DNA of 64,000 nt from an uncultured Candidatus Rokubacteria bacterium. GTDB taxonomy: Bacteria > Methylomirabilota > Methylomirabilia > Rokubacteriales > DASRDR01. Location: contig CAWGVS010000003.1 in NCBI GenBank assembly GCA_963826115.1, positions 32,001-96,000 of the forward strand, given 5' to 3'. Positions 28,956 through 39,281 of this stretch are shown here, piece by piece. Both the position numbers and the translations under genes were made by a program. The notes below the pieces were generated by a model. That model was not told the DNA's origin. It did no database searches and saw only the letters and a program-made list of their open reading frames with translations. The stretch's first letter is position 1. Each line of letters starts with the position of its first letter.

Positions 28956-31900
28956 CTAGGGCGAGCGCGTCTCCAGCCCGCGGGGGGAGGCCGGCCCGCC
29001 CAGGCCGTCGCCCGCGGCCGCGCCGTTCGGTCCGACGGCCGTCGTGTGCGCGGCGGTCCCGTGGCCGACGATGGTCGCCGGGGACAGAGCCCCGTCGCCG
29101 CCGGCCGGCTCGGCCGCCGCGCCGGCAACGCGGGGCCGGCGCCGCCACCTGAGGAACCGCACCAGGTCGTGGAGCAGGAGGTACGCGACCGGGGTCACCA
29201 GGAGCGTCAGCAGGAGCGAGAGTGTCTGCCCCCCGATCACGACGACCGCGATCGCGCGGCGCTCCTCCGATCCGGGTCCCGTGCCGACCCAGAGCGGCAG
29301 CATGCCGCCCACCAGCGCGAGGGTCGTCATCAGGATCGGCCGCAAGCGGTCCCGGTTCCCCTGCAGGATGGCGGTGCGGAGGTCGTGCCCCTCCTGACGG
29401 AGGGCATTCATGTGGTCGATCTGCAGGATCGCGTTCTTCTTGACCACGCCGAACAGCACGAGGATGCCGAGCGCGGAGTAGAGGTTCAGCGTGTTCCCCG
29501 TGTACCAGAGCGAGAACAGGGCGAACGGCACCGCGAGGGGCAGGGACAGGAGGATGTTCAGCGGGTGGACCAGGCTCTCGAACTGTGACGCCAGGATCAT
29601 GTACATGAAGATCACGGCCAGGAGGAACACCCACAGGAACTCGACGACGGTCTTCTCGAACTCGCGGGCCCGCCCCGACACCGACGTCGTGTAGCCGGCA
29701 GGCAGGTTCATCGCGAGCGTCGCCTGCTTGAGCGCGTCCATCCGGTCGGCCTGGCCGTAGCCGGGCGCGATGACGCCGCGGAGCCGGTTCTCCCGCTGGC
29801 GCTCCGACCGGTCGATGCGCGAAGCTGTCTCGGTCCGCGTGATCTTGACCAGGTTGTCCAGCCGGACGAGCCCGCCGCCGGGCGCCATGCCGACCTGGGG
29901 CGCCGCGCCGAGCGCGGTCGCAGAGCCCGCGGAGCTGCGCGAGACGTAGAGCCGCGAGATCGTGGCCGGGTCGCCCCGGTCCTTCGCGCTCAGGCGGAGC
30001 TGGACGTCGTAGTCCTGGTCCAGCAAGGGGTCGTGAAAGCGCGAGACCTCCTGGTCCCCGCCGACCATCAGACGGAGGGCGGAGGCGATCTGCTCGACGT
30101 CGACCCGAAGGTCGGCCGCCCGCTCCCGATCCACCTGCACCCGGAGCTCGGGGCGGTCAAGGCGTAGCGTCGTCGTGAGATCGAGCATGCCGCCTATCTG
30201 GACCGCGCGCTGCCGGAGCTGCTCGCCGAGGGTGCTCAGCGTCGCGAGCTCCGGCCCGCGGAGAACGTAGTCGATATCGAAGTTGCCGCCGCCGATGTTG
30301 AAACCCGGGATGTTCCGGATGGTGATCCGGACGTCGCGGAACTTGCGGACGCGCTGCCGGACCTCCTGCATCACCTCGCGCTGCGTGTAGTTGTCGCGGA
30401 AGGCCGCCCCGGGATCGCCGCGCTTGAGCCCCTCCCAGAGCCGGCTCAGCGTGACGGTGCGCTCGGCATGCGGCGCGATCCGCACGTACCCGCCGCCCTG
30501 GTTGACCCGGCCGAGGAAGTTGCTCCCGGCGGTCAGCAGGACCAGCCGGATACCCCGGACGGCCCGGATCTCGCGGTCCATCGCCTGCACCACCTCGTCC
30601 ATGGCGGCGAGGCTCATGCCCTCGGGACCCTCGTAGAAGACCTCGAACTCGGCCTCGTCCACGTCCGTCGGCACGTACTCGCGCTTCACCCAGCCGAAGA
30701 GCGGGACGGACGAGGCGATCACCGCGAGCGCGAGGAGCACCACCACCACGCGCCCGGCCGGGTGGATCGCGAGGCGAAGGAGCCACCCGTAGGTCGCCTC
30801 GATGTGACGGTAGAAGCCGCGCCGCGACCGCGCCGCGTCGTGCTCGCCGCCGGCGTCCTCGGCGCGGAGCATCCGCGCGCTCATCATCGGCGTCAGGGTG
30901 AACGAGACCAGGAGGCTCACGAGCACCGAGACCGCCGCGGTGAGACCGAACTGGTAGAGGAAGCGGCCCGAGACCGACGACATGAAGGACACCGGGACGA
31001 AGATGACCACGAGCGAGAGCGTCGTGGCCATGACCGCGAGGCCGATGTCGGCGGTGGCCGCGCGGGCCGCCTCGAACGGCCCCATCCGCTTCTCCTCGAC
31101 GAAGCGGAAGATGTTCTCCAGCACCACGATCGCGTCGTCGATCACGATGCCGACCATCAGCACCAGCGCCAGCATGGTGACGCTGTTCAGCGTGAAGCCG
31201 AGCGCCGCCATCATGCCGAACGCCGAGATGACCGAGGCGGGGATCGCCACCGCGGCGATGATGGTGGAGCGCCAACTGCGCATGAACGCGAACACCACCA
31301 GCGAGGCCAGGATGCTCCCGAGCACCAGGTGGAGGTTGATCTCGTGGAGCCCGGCGTAGATGTACCGGGACTGGTCGCGGATGATGTCCAGCTTGATGTC
31401 GCTGGGGAGCGTCGGCGCGAGGCGCTGCAGGTTCCCCTTGACGGCCTCGATCACGGCCACGGTGTTGGTGCCCGACTGCCGCCGGACGTCGAGGATGACC
31501 GTCGGGACGCCGTTCACGCGCACGGCCGAGCGCTGCTCCTTCGTGCCGTCCTCGGCGCGGCCGATGTCCCGCACCCGCACCGGCGCCCCGTTGATCGTGG
31601 CCACCACGAGATCGTTGAACGACCGGGGATCGACGACCCGGCCCATGGTCCGGAGCGACTGCTCCCGGGACCCGGACGTCACGTTGCCGCCGGGAAGGTC
31701 GGCGTTCTGGCGGGTGATGGCGTCGCGGACGGCGGTGATCGGGATCTGGTAGGCGGCCAGCCGGTCCGCCTCGACCCAGATGTTCACCGCGCGCAGGAGG
31801 CCGCCGACCAGCCGCACCTCGCCGACGCCCAGCGCGCGCTCCAGGTCGACCTTCACCGTCTTGTCGGCGATCTCGGTCAGCTCCCGGAGGCTCCGGTTCC

Positions 31901-32336
31901 CCGAAACGGCCAGCGTCATGACCGGCGCCTGGTCGTTGTCGAGCTTGGAGACCGTGGGCGGCAGGATGTCGTCGGGGAGGTTCCGGACCGCGTTCGCCAC
32001 CTTGTCCCGAACGTCCTGGGCGGCGACGTCGACGGAGCGGCTGAGCGAGAACGTGATCGTCACGTTGCTCGTGCCGGGTCCGGTGAGAGACCGGAGCTCC
32101 GTGATGCCCTGGATGGTGTTGACCGCTTCCTCGATCTTCTGCGTGACCTGCGTCTCCATCTCCTCGACGGAGGCGCCGGGCAGCTCGGTGCGGACGCTCA
32201 CCGTGGGCAGCTCGACGGACGGGAAGCGGTCGACGCCCAGCCGGAAGTAGCTCGCGCTGCCCACCACCACGAGGGCGAGCACGATCATCGCGGCGAACAC
32301 CGGCCGGCGGATGCAGACCTCGGCGAGCTTCTGCAC
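28956..32336 (-). CDS. RND efflux permease (AcrB/AcrD/AcrF family)
   Basis: IRRPVFA, PGAS.EEME, GIVIDDAIVVLENI, GVVKKNAIL, RLRPILMTT. Confidence 0.95.
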   Translation of the reverse strand: MQKLAEVCIRRPVFAAMIVLALVVVGSASYFRLGVDRFPSVELPTVSVRTELPGASVEEMETQVTQKIEEAVNTIQGITELRSLTGPGTSNVTITFSLSRSVDVAAQDVRDKVANAVRNLPDDILPPTVSKLDNDQAPVMTLAVSGNRSLRELTEIADKTVKVDLERALGVGEVRLVGGLLRAVNIWVEADRLAAYQIPITAVRDAITRQNADLPGGNVTSGSREQSLRTMGRVVDPRSFNDLVVATINGAPVRVRDIGRAEDGTKEQRSAVRVNGVPTVILDVRRQSGTNTVAVIEAVKGNLQRLAPTLPSDIKLDIIRDQSRYIYAGLHEINLHLVLGSILASLVVFAFMRSWRSTIIAAVAIPASVISAFGMMAALGFTLNSVTMLALVLMVGIVIDDAIVVLENIFRFVEEKRMGPFEAARAATADIGLAVMATTLSLVVIFVPVSFMSSVSGRFLYQFGLTAAVSVLVSLLVSFTLTPMMSARMLRAEDAGGEHDAARSRRGFYRHIEATYGWLLRLAIHPAGRVVVVLLALAVIASSVPLFGWVKREYVPTDVDEAEFEVFYEGPEGMSLAAMDEVVQAMDREIRAVRGIRLVLLTAGSNFLGRVNQGGGYVRIAPHAERTVTLSRLWEGLKRGDPGAAFRDNYTQREVMQEVRQRVRKFRDVRITIRNIPGFNIGGGNFDIDYVLRGPELATLSTLGEQLRQRAVQIGGMLDLTTTLRLDRPELRVQVDRERAADLRVDVEQIASALRLMVGGDQEVSRFHDPLLDQDYDVQLRLSAKDRGDPATISRLYVSRSSAGSATALGAAPQVGMAPGGGLVRLDNLVKITRTETASRIDRSERQRENRLRGVIAPGYGQADRMDALKQATLAMNLPAGYTTSVSGRAREFEKTVVEFLWVFLLAVIFMYMILASQFESLVHPLNILLSLPLAVPFALFSLWYTGNTLNLYSALGILVLFGVVKKNAILQIDHMNALRQEGHDLRTAILQGNRDRLRPILMTTLALVGGMLPLWVGTGPGSEERRAIAVVVIGGQTLSLLLTLLVTPVAYLLLHDLVRFLRWRRRPRVAGAAAEPAGGDGALSPATIVGHGTAAHTTAVGPNGAAAGDGLGGPASPRGLETRSP

Positions 32337-32345
32337 CGGGGTCCC

Positions 32346-33680
32346 CTACTTCTCGACCGTCACGGCCTGGCCGCCCGTGAGGTTGCCGGCGGGATCGACG
32401 ACCGGCTGACCCACCTTGAGACCCGACACGATCTCGACCCGGTCGCCCAGGCGGCGGCCGGTGGTCACGCGCAGCTCCTCGCTCTTGCCGTCCTTGACCG
32501 TGAGCACCTTCTCCACCCCCGCGAACGAGACCAGGGCGGTCGCCGGCACCGTCACGATCCGGTCGTCCGCCTGCACGACAACCTCGGCCTTGGCGAAGGA
32601 GCCCGGACGGAGACGACTGGCCGCGTTCGGGACCTCGGCCTCGATGAGAAGCGTCCGGTTCTGCTCGGCGACCGCCGGCGACAGGCGCGCCACCATGCCC
32701 GGATACACCGCGGGGTCCCCGTCCACGGAGACGCGGACGGGCTGTCCGCGGCGGATGCTCGCGGCTTCGCGCTCCGGCACGGACAGTCGGAGCCGCAGCG
32801 GGTGGAGACGCACGATGGTCACCACCGGCGCGCCGGCCGACAGGAACTGCCCCACGGACGCCTGGCGCTCCACCACCGCGCCCTCGATCGGCGAGGCGAT
32901 CACGGTGTCGGTGATCTGCTGGCGCGCGAGATCCACCTCCGAGCGCCGCTGCAGCAGCATGCCCTGCCGGTTCTGGACCTCTTCCAGCGCGTCCTGGTAG
33001 CGCCCGTCGGCCACCTGGAACGCGGAGACGGCGGCGTCGAGCTCCGCCCGGGCGACGAGCTGTCGCTCCCAGAGCTGCGCCAGCCGGTCCCGGTTCAGCT
33101 GCGCCTGGTCGAGCTGGGCCTTCGCCTGGCGCACCACCGCGGTCTGGGCGAGGTCCACGCGGTCGTCGTCGCCGTCGGCCGGAAGCCCGAGGCGGACGCG
33201 GGCCTGCTTCAGCGCGGCGACCGCCTGGTCCAGGCGGTACTGGTAGTCCTTGGGGTCGATGCGCGCGACGGCCTGACCCTGCTTGACCAGGCTGCCGAGG
33301 TCCACGGTGATCTCGGCCAGACGTCCCACGATCTTCGTGCCGAGGACGACCTGCTCGTCGGCCGCCAGGGTCCCCGTGGCCGCCACCGTCCGGGCCACCG
33401 TGGCCTCGGCGGCCGGCACGACCTTCACGCTCCGGGCCGGACCGGACGGGCCGGCTTCCGACTTCTTGGGCGCGGCCGTCGCGGGGATCTCCTGCTGGCA
33501 GCCGCCGGCGGCGAGCGCGGCGAGACAGAGGGCCGCGACCACGTGCAGCGCACCCGACCGGGTCGGGGGGGTCCTGTTGGGCTCGGGGCCGTGTGCGGCC
33601 CGACGGCCGGACGGGCGGAGGATGACCACCTTGGCTCGCAGGATAGGGCATCCCGGGCCGCTCCGCCAGCGTTCTGGCAT
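32346..33680 (-). CDS. RND efflux membrane fusion (periplasmic adaptor) lipoprotein
   Basis: Lipobox LAAGGC, GTLAADEQV, IASPIEG, LRPGSFA. Start uncertain. Confidence 0.9.
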   Translation of the reverse strand: MPERWRSGPGCPILRAKVVILRPSGRRAAHGPEPNRTPPTRSGALHVVAALCLAALAAGGCQQEIPATAAPKKSEAGPSGPARSVKVVPAAEATVARTVAATGTLAADEQVVLGTKIVGRLAEITVDLGSLVKQGQAVARIDPKDYQYRLDQAVAALKQARVRLGLPADGDDDRVDLAQTAVVRQAKAQLDQAQLNRDRLAQLWERQLVARAELDAAVSAFQVADGRYQDALEEVQNRQGMLLQRRSEVDLARQQITDTVIASPIEGAVVERQASVGQFLSAGAPVVTIVRLHPLRLRLSVPEREAASIRRGQPVRVSVDGDPAVYPGMVARLSPAVAEQNRTLLIEAEVPNAASRLRPGSFAKAEVVVQADDRIVTVPATALVSFAGVEKVLTVKDGKSEELRVTTGRRLGDRVEIVSGLKVGQPVVDPAGNLTGGQAVTVEK

Positions 33681-33742
33681 GACGAATCCCGCACGGACGG
33701 ACAGGGTCGGCGTCCTCGGAGGTGACGCGGCGGGCCGCCGGG

Positions 33743-35314
33743 TCAGAGGCGGCCGGCCCGGGCCCGGGCGATGACTTCCTGCGCCGCGTTGTGCCCGGGG
33801 GCGCCCATGACGCAGCCGCCGGGCCAGGCGCCGGACCCGCAGAGGTAGAGGCCCCGGATCGGCCCCTCGTACGAGGTCGACCCCGGCACCGGGCGAAGGT
33901 CGAACGCCTGCTCGGGCACGAGCTCGCCGTGGAAGATGTGTCCGCCGGTCAGCCCGAAGCGCGCCTCGAGGTCGGGCGGCGCGAGCACCTGCCGCGCCAG
34001 CACCGAGCCCGGCACGTTGGGCGCGTAGCTGCCGAGCTCCGCCAGCACCTTGTCGGCGATGGCGTCGCGCCGCTCCGCCCACGTCCCCTCCGCCAGGCGG
34101 TACGGGAAGTACTGCGTGAAGATCGACATCGTGTGACGGCCCGCCGGCGCCACCGAGTCGTCCACGACCGACTGGAGGTGGACGTTCAGGAAGGGATGGG
34201 TCGCGGGCCGGCCGGCCCGCGCCTCGTCGCACGCGCGCTGCATGTAGTCGATCGTGGGCGCGACGAACAGGCCGCCGGAGTAGCCTTCGCGAATCCGCTC
34301 GGCCGGCAGCATGCTGAAGCGAGGCGGCTCGCTGATCGCCATGTTGATCTTCATCACGGGGCTCTCGATCTTGATCGCCTCGACGGCGCGCCGGTAGTCG
34401 TTCGGCAGATCCCGGCCCGGAACGAGCTTGAGGTAGGTCCGCACCGGGTCCGCGTTCGACAGCACGACGCGCCCGCGGACCTCCTCGCCGTCCGCCAGGA
34501 CCGCGCCGGTGGCGCGTCCGCCCTGGATCAGGATCTCGCTCACCTCGGCGCCCGTGCGGATCACCACGCCCCGGGCCGTCGCCACCCGCGCCAGCGCCTG
34601 GGTCACCGCGCCCATGGCTCCTTTGACGTACGTCCATGCCCCGCGGTTCCCGGTGGCCATCCCCATGGAGTGGTAGAGCTTCACGTATCCGGTGCCCGGG
34701 TCGCGCGGGCCGCGGAACGTCCCGATGATCCCCGTCGCCGCCACCACGGCCTGGAGCTTCTCGCTCTCGAAGAAGTGCTCGGCGATGTCGGCGGCGGAGC
34801 CGAGGTAGCACTTCTGGAAGACCGTCAGGTCGGCCGGAGTCCGAAACTCCGCGGCCACCTCGCTCCACGAGGGCGGGTTGCGGAGGATGAACCGGTCCAT
34901 CACCGAGGCCGCCCGCTCGATGAACGCCTCGTAGTCGGCGAACCGATCGGCGTCCCGCTTCGAGATCTTCGCCAGCTCCGCGTGGAGCCGCGCCGGATCG
35001 CCCCACCACGTGAGCGAGGTGCCGTCCGGGAACGGCACGAAGATGCGCGGGTCGCGCGGGAGATACTGGAGGCCGGCCGACCACAGGTCGAGCTCGTCCA
35101 TGAGCCGCCGCGGCATGAGCGACAGCACGTAGGAGCCGGTCGAGACGCAGAACCCCGGGCTGAGCTCCTCGGTGACGGCAGCCCCGCCGACGACGGATCC
35201 TCGCTCGAGAATCACGACGGACAGGCCCGCTCCGGCCAGGTAGCAGGCCGCCATGAGGCCGTTGTGGCCGCCACCGACCACGACCGCGTCGTACTGCCGG
35301 ACCGCCTGCGTCAT
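33743..35314 (-). CDS. Phytoene dehydrogenase-like FAD oxidoreductase (PYROXD2/COG1233)
   Basis: GGGHNGL..A.YLA, GGAAVTEE, GLTGGHIFHG, LYLCGSGAWPGGCVMGAPGHNAA. Confidence 0.9.
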   Translation of the reverse strand: MTQAVRQYDAVVVGGGHNGLMAACYLAGAGLSVVILERGSVVGGAAVTEELSPGFCVSTGSYVLSLMPRRLMDELDLWSAGLQYLPRDPRIFVPFPDGTSLTWWGDPARLHAELAKISKRDADRFADYEAFIERAASVMDRFILRNPPSWSEVAAEFRTPADLTVFQKCYLGSAADIAEHFFESEKLQAVVAATGIIGTFRGPRDPGTGYVKLYHSMGMATGNRGAWTYVKGAMGAVTQALARVATARGVVIRTGAEVSEILIQGGRATGAVLADGEEVRGRVVLSNADPVRTYLKLVPGRDLPNDYRRAVEAIKIESPVMKINMAISEPPRFSMLPAERIREGYSGGLFVAPTIDYMQRACDEARAGRPATHPFLNVHLQSVVDDSVAPAGRHTMSIFTQYFPYRLAEGTWAERRDAIADKVLAELGSYAPNVPGSVLARQVLAPPDLEARFGLTGGHIFHGELVPEQAFDLRPVPGSTSYEGPIRGLYLCGSGAWPGGCVMGAPGHNAAQEVIARARAGRL

Positions 35315-35339
35315 GTCACGTCTCCCGGTGCGTCGAGGG

Positions 35340-36134
35340 TCAGAGGATCTTCAGGAACTCGACCAGGTCCCTCAGGTCGTCGTCCGTGAGCTTCTCGGTC
35401 GTCCCCGCCTTCTGCACGTACTCCCACATGGCCTGGGCGGCCTGCTCCAGGGTCGTGTAGCGGCCGTCGTGGAAGTACGGCCCCGTCCGCGCGACGCTCC
35501 GGAGCGACGGCACCTTGAACTTGCCGCCCGATCCGATGTCCTCGACGTCCTTCTTCTCGTAGTGCGGCGGCTCGTGGCACGTCTTGCAGCCGGCCCTCAC
35601 GGTGAACAGCTCGTACCCGCGCTTGGCCGCCGCCGAGGCCGCGTCCGAGGGCGAGCCGTCGTCCTTGAGATTCGGATTGGGCGGGTACGCGAGCGACCGC
35701 ACGTAGGCGGCGAGGGCCGCGAACGTCTCCGGCGACGGCTCGGCCCCCTTCATCCGGTTGACGATGATGCCCCGGATGTTGGCCTCGAGGCTGGGCGCGG
35801 TGCCCGCCCACGAGTAGGCGCGCCGGAAGCCGGCGCCCCACAAGGTCGGCGTGCTCCGGCCGTTCGGGTCCCCGTCGGCCACGACGGTCACCCCCACGTA
35901 GGTCTTGTTGTCCGTGTGGCCCTCGCTCGGATGGCACGAGGCGCACGACCATCGGCGGTCCGCCGACAGCCCCGCGTCACTGAAGAGCTCCCGGCCGCGC
36001 GCCACGAGCTCGGCGGGCGCGGAGCCGCTCGCCTGCGCGACGCGGAGCTCCTCGGCCCGGGACGGCGCGCGGACGAGAAGACCGGCGAGAAGGACCAATG
36101 GGCCGACGAGGAGCAGGGCCGTCCGAACGCGCAT
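35340..36134 (-). CDS. Compact diheme cytochrome c peroxidase/MauG-family protein
   Basis: Signal peptide, CASCH and CKTCH heme motifs, FKVPSLR..TGPYFHDG. SD AGGAGG. Confidence 0.82.
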   Translation of the reverse strand: MRVRTALLLVGPLVLLAGLLVRAPSRAEELRVAQASGSAPAELVARGRELFSDAGLSADRRWSCASCHPSEGHTDNKTYVGVTVVADGDPNGRSTPTLWGAGFRRAYSWAGTAPSLEANIRGIIVNRMKGAEPSPETFAALAAYVRSLAYPPNPNLKDDGSPSDAASAAAKRGYELFTVRAGCKTCHEPPHYEKKDVEDIGSGGKFKVPSLRSVARTGPYFHDGRYTTLEQAAQAMWEYVQKAGTTEKLTDDDLRDLVEFLKIL

Positions 36135-36502
36135 CGTCCACCCCTCCTGGCTCGAAGTGGCGGCTATCCTAGCATGGGCGTCGGAGCGGCCCGGGACCGG
36201 AAGGCGGGGATCAGCACTGAGCCGGATGCCGCCCCCGATCGCCCACGCGGAGACGTTCGGGCCGCCCGGCGTGCCGAGCACCGCCCGCGTCTTGGCCCGG
36301 CTGCCGATCAGCGTGTCGAGCTGCGTGAACACTCCCGGCGGCACGGTCTGCGTTTCGGCCAGCGCGCCGTGTGCGAGGATCGCGCGCCCCGTCCCGAGCC
36401 GGCCGACGTGCCGGCGCGTGAAAGCGCCCTGCGCGCCGGGAGCGCGCCCAAGTCCAGCTTGGCGCGCTCGGACTTCCGACAGCGGCGGGTCGACTCCGGC
36501 GG

Positions 36503-36934
36503 TCAGCGCTTCGTCAGCTCGAACGCGCTCCGACCGTTGACTCCCACCCACGTGCCCTCGCCCCTCAGGACCTTGCGGCCGTCGCCCTCGTGGTACGTCG
36601 CCACGCCGCGCGTAAACGATCCCTCGAAGACGACCTTCCCGTCCTCGATGCGGCTATTGCCGACGCCCAGCTGGCCGTTGACGTTCGAAGTGAACGACCC
36701 GTCCGGCGCGACGACGACGCGCGCTAACTGGGCCCGACGGCCCCCGAGCGGGCCGGTCCCCCCGACATCCTCGAGCGTCCCCTGCCACTCCCCGGCCAGG
36801 ATCGCGAAGTCCCCGGCCTGGAGCGCCTTCACCGGCGGCAAGGGGGCGGCCGGCGGCGTCCCCGCGCATCCACCGGTGAACCCGAGCACCGCCAGAACGC
36901 TCCCGGCAAGGGCCAGATACCTTCTCATCCTCAT
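36503..36934 (-). CDS. Hypothetical lipoprotein
   Basis: SD GGAGG, signal peptide ending FTGGC. Confidence 0.7.
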   Translation of the reverse strand: MRMRRYLALAGSVLAVLGFTGGCAGTPPAAPLPPVKALQAGDFAILAGEWQGTLEDVGGTGPLGGRRAQLARVVVAPDGSFTSNVNGQLGVGNSRIEDGKVVFEGSFTRGVATYHEGDGRKVLRGEGTWVGVNGRSAFELTKR

Positions 36935-36989
36935 CGCAGTTCCTCCCTCCACGTGAATGGGACGAAGCTCTCGTGATCGGCCGCGCCCC

Positions 36990-37436
36990 TCACGGCGCGG
37001 CCCCGACCGGAGCCGCGAGCGTGAGCTCGTTCCGGCAGCCGCCACACTGGACGACGCGCGGGAGCCGGAACCGGCCACCCGGGGCCAGGTCTAGCGCCGC
37101 GTGACACCGCGGACAGACCCCCCGGACCCGCGCCAGGGTCCGCGCCTCGGCGAGCCGGAAGCCGGCCAGGACGACTCCGCCCACGACCAGGCCCGGCACG
37201 AGGACGAAGTGGACCACCGGGAGGAAGATCGCCGGGAACGCGAGGACCCAGGCGACCCCGAGGGCGAGCGCCGCCCGGCCCACTCGCGCGCCCAGGCTCC
37301 GGTGCTGCACGCTCACGACTGCCTCCGTCGGCGGCGCGCCGAAGGCCGAGAGCGTGGCGGGAGCCTCCACCACCGTGTCGCCGGCGGCACCCCGCGCGCG
37401 CGGCGCCTCACCGACCCGCCGCTCGGTCTCGTTCAT
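36990..37436 (-). CDS. Hypothetical two-TM protein with C-terminal Zn ribbon
   Basis: Two hydrophobic helices (FLPVVHFVLVP), CPRC...CGGC. Confidence 0.65.
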   Translation of the reverse strand: MNETERRVGEAPRARGAAGDTVVEAPATLSAFGAPPTEAVVSVQHRSLGARVGRAALALGVAWVLAFPAIFLPVVHFVLVPGLVVGGVVLAGFRLAEARTLARVRGVCPRCHAALDLAPGGRFRLPRVVQCGGCRNELTLAAPVGAAP

Positions 37437-37525
37437 CGCCTCGGTCTCGCTCCCAGTGTGCGCCCGCGCCGCGCGGATGCCAACGCGGAGGGCGCGGCCC
37501 CCCTGACGGCCGGGACGCGCGACCT

Positions 37526-38827
37526 CTACAGGAGCGGGAGCGGCCAGTTCAGGATCAGGCGCACATCGGGGAGGAGGCCCGGCGTCCCCTGGAGGTCGAT
37601 GAGCGCCGCGCGGGCCTTGATCTGGAGCCCCTTCAGCCAGCCGCCGCCGAAGGTGTAGGTCACGTCGAAGTCGTACTCGCGCTGGTCGGCGACGCCGGCG
37701 CCGGTCGCCGCATTGATCGCGCCGGTGCCCTGGGCGTACCAGAAGAACGCGGTCAGGCCGGGCAGGCCGACGCCCTTGAAGTCGTAGGTGAGCTTGACGC
37801 CCCAGGCGGTCTCGCTGGCGCGGTCGAAATCCTTGTTGATCAGCGAGAGATAGCCGGGCCAGGTCCCGTACCGGGCGCGGATGTCCGCGCCGTCCCCGGT
37901 CTGGTGGAACATGAAGTCGACCGACGCGTCCCAGAAGCTGAGCCGCGCGTGCCCGCCCACGTTCCAGGTGTCGAAGCCGCCGATGAGCTCGCTGCCGACG
38001 CTCCGCTGGTCGTGGTACTGGGCGCCGACCGTCAGCGCGACCCGGTCCGCGAGCGGCACCGTGTACTCCGCCTGCACGAAGGCGGTGTTGTACGTGTCGA
38101 TCCCGTAGGCCGTGCTCGCGTCGATGCTGAGGGGCTTCCACGGGACGACGCGCAGACCCGCGAGGACCAAGCCGGCGTCGGAATCGGTGGCCCCGGCGCG
38201 CTCGGCCATGCTGAGGAAGCTGTCCTCCTCGCGGGGCTTGATCCCGAACAGGTAGCCGGCGTGATAGTCGAGCCAGCCGACCTTGCCGTCCAGCATGACG
38301 GCCTCGAACGTGTTCGGGATCATGCGGTTGTCCTGCGGGTTCACGTACCCGACGTTGATCCCCTGGCGGTATCCGGTCAGCACGTGGTCGCCGTACCGGA
38401 GCTTCGCCCACGCCTCCCCGAGAACGGCGATGGGGTCCTGGCCCGGCTTGAGGAGAAGCGTCCCGTCGCGGTCCTCGGGCGCGTAGACTGGCAGCGAGAA
38501 GTAGCCGGTGGCGCCGATCGCGAACGTGTCCGCGAGCCAGCCCGACCGGTAGCCGAGCCAGCCGCCCGCGGCCCACGCCTCCTGGAAGACGTCGGGGCTG
38601 GCCTCGTTGTTCCGGTAGTAGCTGCGGATGTGGAGGAGGAGGCGCGTGTCCCGGAAGAACGGCGGCGCGTCTTTCAGCCCCGCCGCGAGCCCGGGGAGCG
38701 CCTGTCTGAGGAGCGGCTCGTCCTTGTCCGCGTCCGCCGCGCCCACCACGGGTGGCCGAGCGAGCGCGGCCACGATCCCGAGCGCGAGGACCGCGAGCCG
38801 GAGCCGTGCGCGAGCCGTCCGCATCAC
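37526..38827 (-). CDS. OprD-family outer-membrane porin
   Basis: Signal peptide, LHIRSYY, GYRSGW, DNRMIPNTFE, alternating beta strands, terminal RLILNW. Confidence 0.8.
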   Translation of the reverse strand: MMRTARARLRLAVLALGIVAALARPPVVGAADADKDEPLLRQALPGLAAGLKDAPPFFRDTRLLLHIRSYYRNNEASPDVFQEAWAAGGWLGYRSGWLADTFAIGATGYFSLPVYAPEDRDGTLLLKPGQDPIAVLGEAWAKLRYGDHVLTGYRQGINVGYVNPQDNRMIPNTFEAVMLDGKVGWLDYHAGYLFGIKPREEDSFLSMAERAGATDSDAGLVLAGLRVVPWKPLSIDASTAYGIDTYNTAFVQAEYTVPLADRVALTVGAQYHDQRSVGSELIGGFDTWNVGGHARLSFWDASVDFMFHQTGDGADIRARYGTWPGYLSLINKDFDRASETAWGVKLTYDFKGVGLPGLTAFFWYAQGTGAINAATGAGVADQREYDFDVTYTFGGGWLKGLQIKARAALIDLQGTPGLLPDVRLILNWPLPLL

Positions 38828-38849
38828 CGGATCTGCCCTGCCCCGCGCG

Positions 38850-39110
38850 TCAACGGTCCGATGGTCCGACCCGGTCGAACTGGCGCTGCTGCTCCATCAG
38901 CTGCTGCTCCTGCTGGTACCGCTGGTTGCGCTCGCGATTGGTGTCCTCGGTCGTGCCGACCGAAGGGTCCCCCGATCCGGGCCCGAACGGGATGGAGCAC
39001 GCGCCGACGCCGATTCCCGTGAGGAGGAGCCCGCCGATCAGCCGAACGGCCCTGCGGCTCCGTGCACGGGCGCGGAGGCAGGCGTCGGCGCACGATCCAC
39101 ATCTCGAGAC
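38850..39110 (-). CDS. Possible small lipoprotein (start uncertain)
   Basis: RRAVRLIGGLLLTGIGVGAC lipobox followed by a Gln-rich tail. Confidence 0.4.
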   Translation of the reverse strand, partial: VSRCGSCADACLRARARSRRAVRLIGGLLLTGIGVGACSIPFGPGSGDPSVGTTEDTNRERNQRYQQEQQLMEQQRQFDRVGPSDR

Positions 39111-39281
39111 GTCTGCCGGCTGCGCCACGACTGGCTCCCTTCCGGTGCGGCGCGCTTCGCCGCCCGCGACGGCATGATGACACGGGAGCCCGCGTCGCGG
39201 GTAGCGGTTCGAGCGCCCTCCGCGTCGAAGCCTCTTGTGAGGGCGCGCACGCGGAGTGTACTTTCGGGTGGAGGCCTGGGG

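Noticed and set aside
33743-35314. Carotenoid desaturase crtI
   Set aside because: Motifs fit the PYROXD2/COG1233 subfamily and no crt genes are nearby.
36135-36502. Upstream extension of the cytochrome ORF or a gene remnant
   Set aside because: A good SD and signal peptide at 36134 define the start. The upstream open frame could not be assigned to any family.
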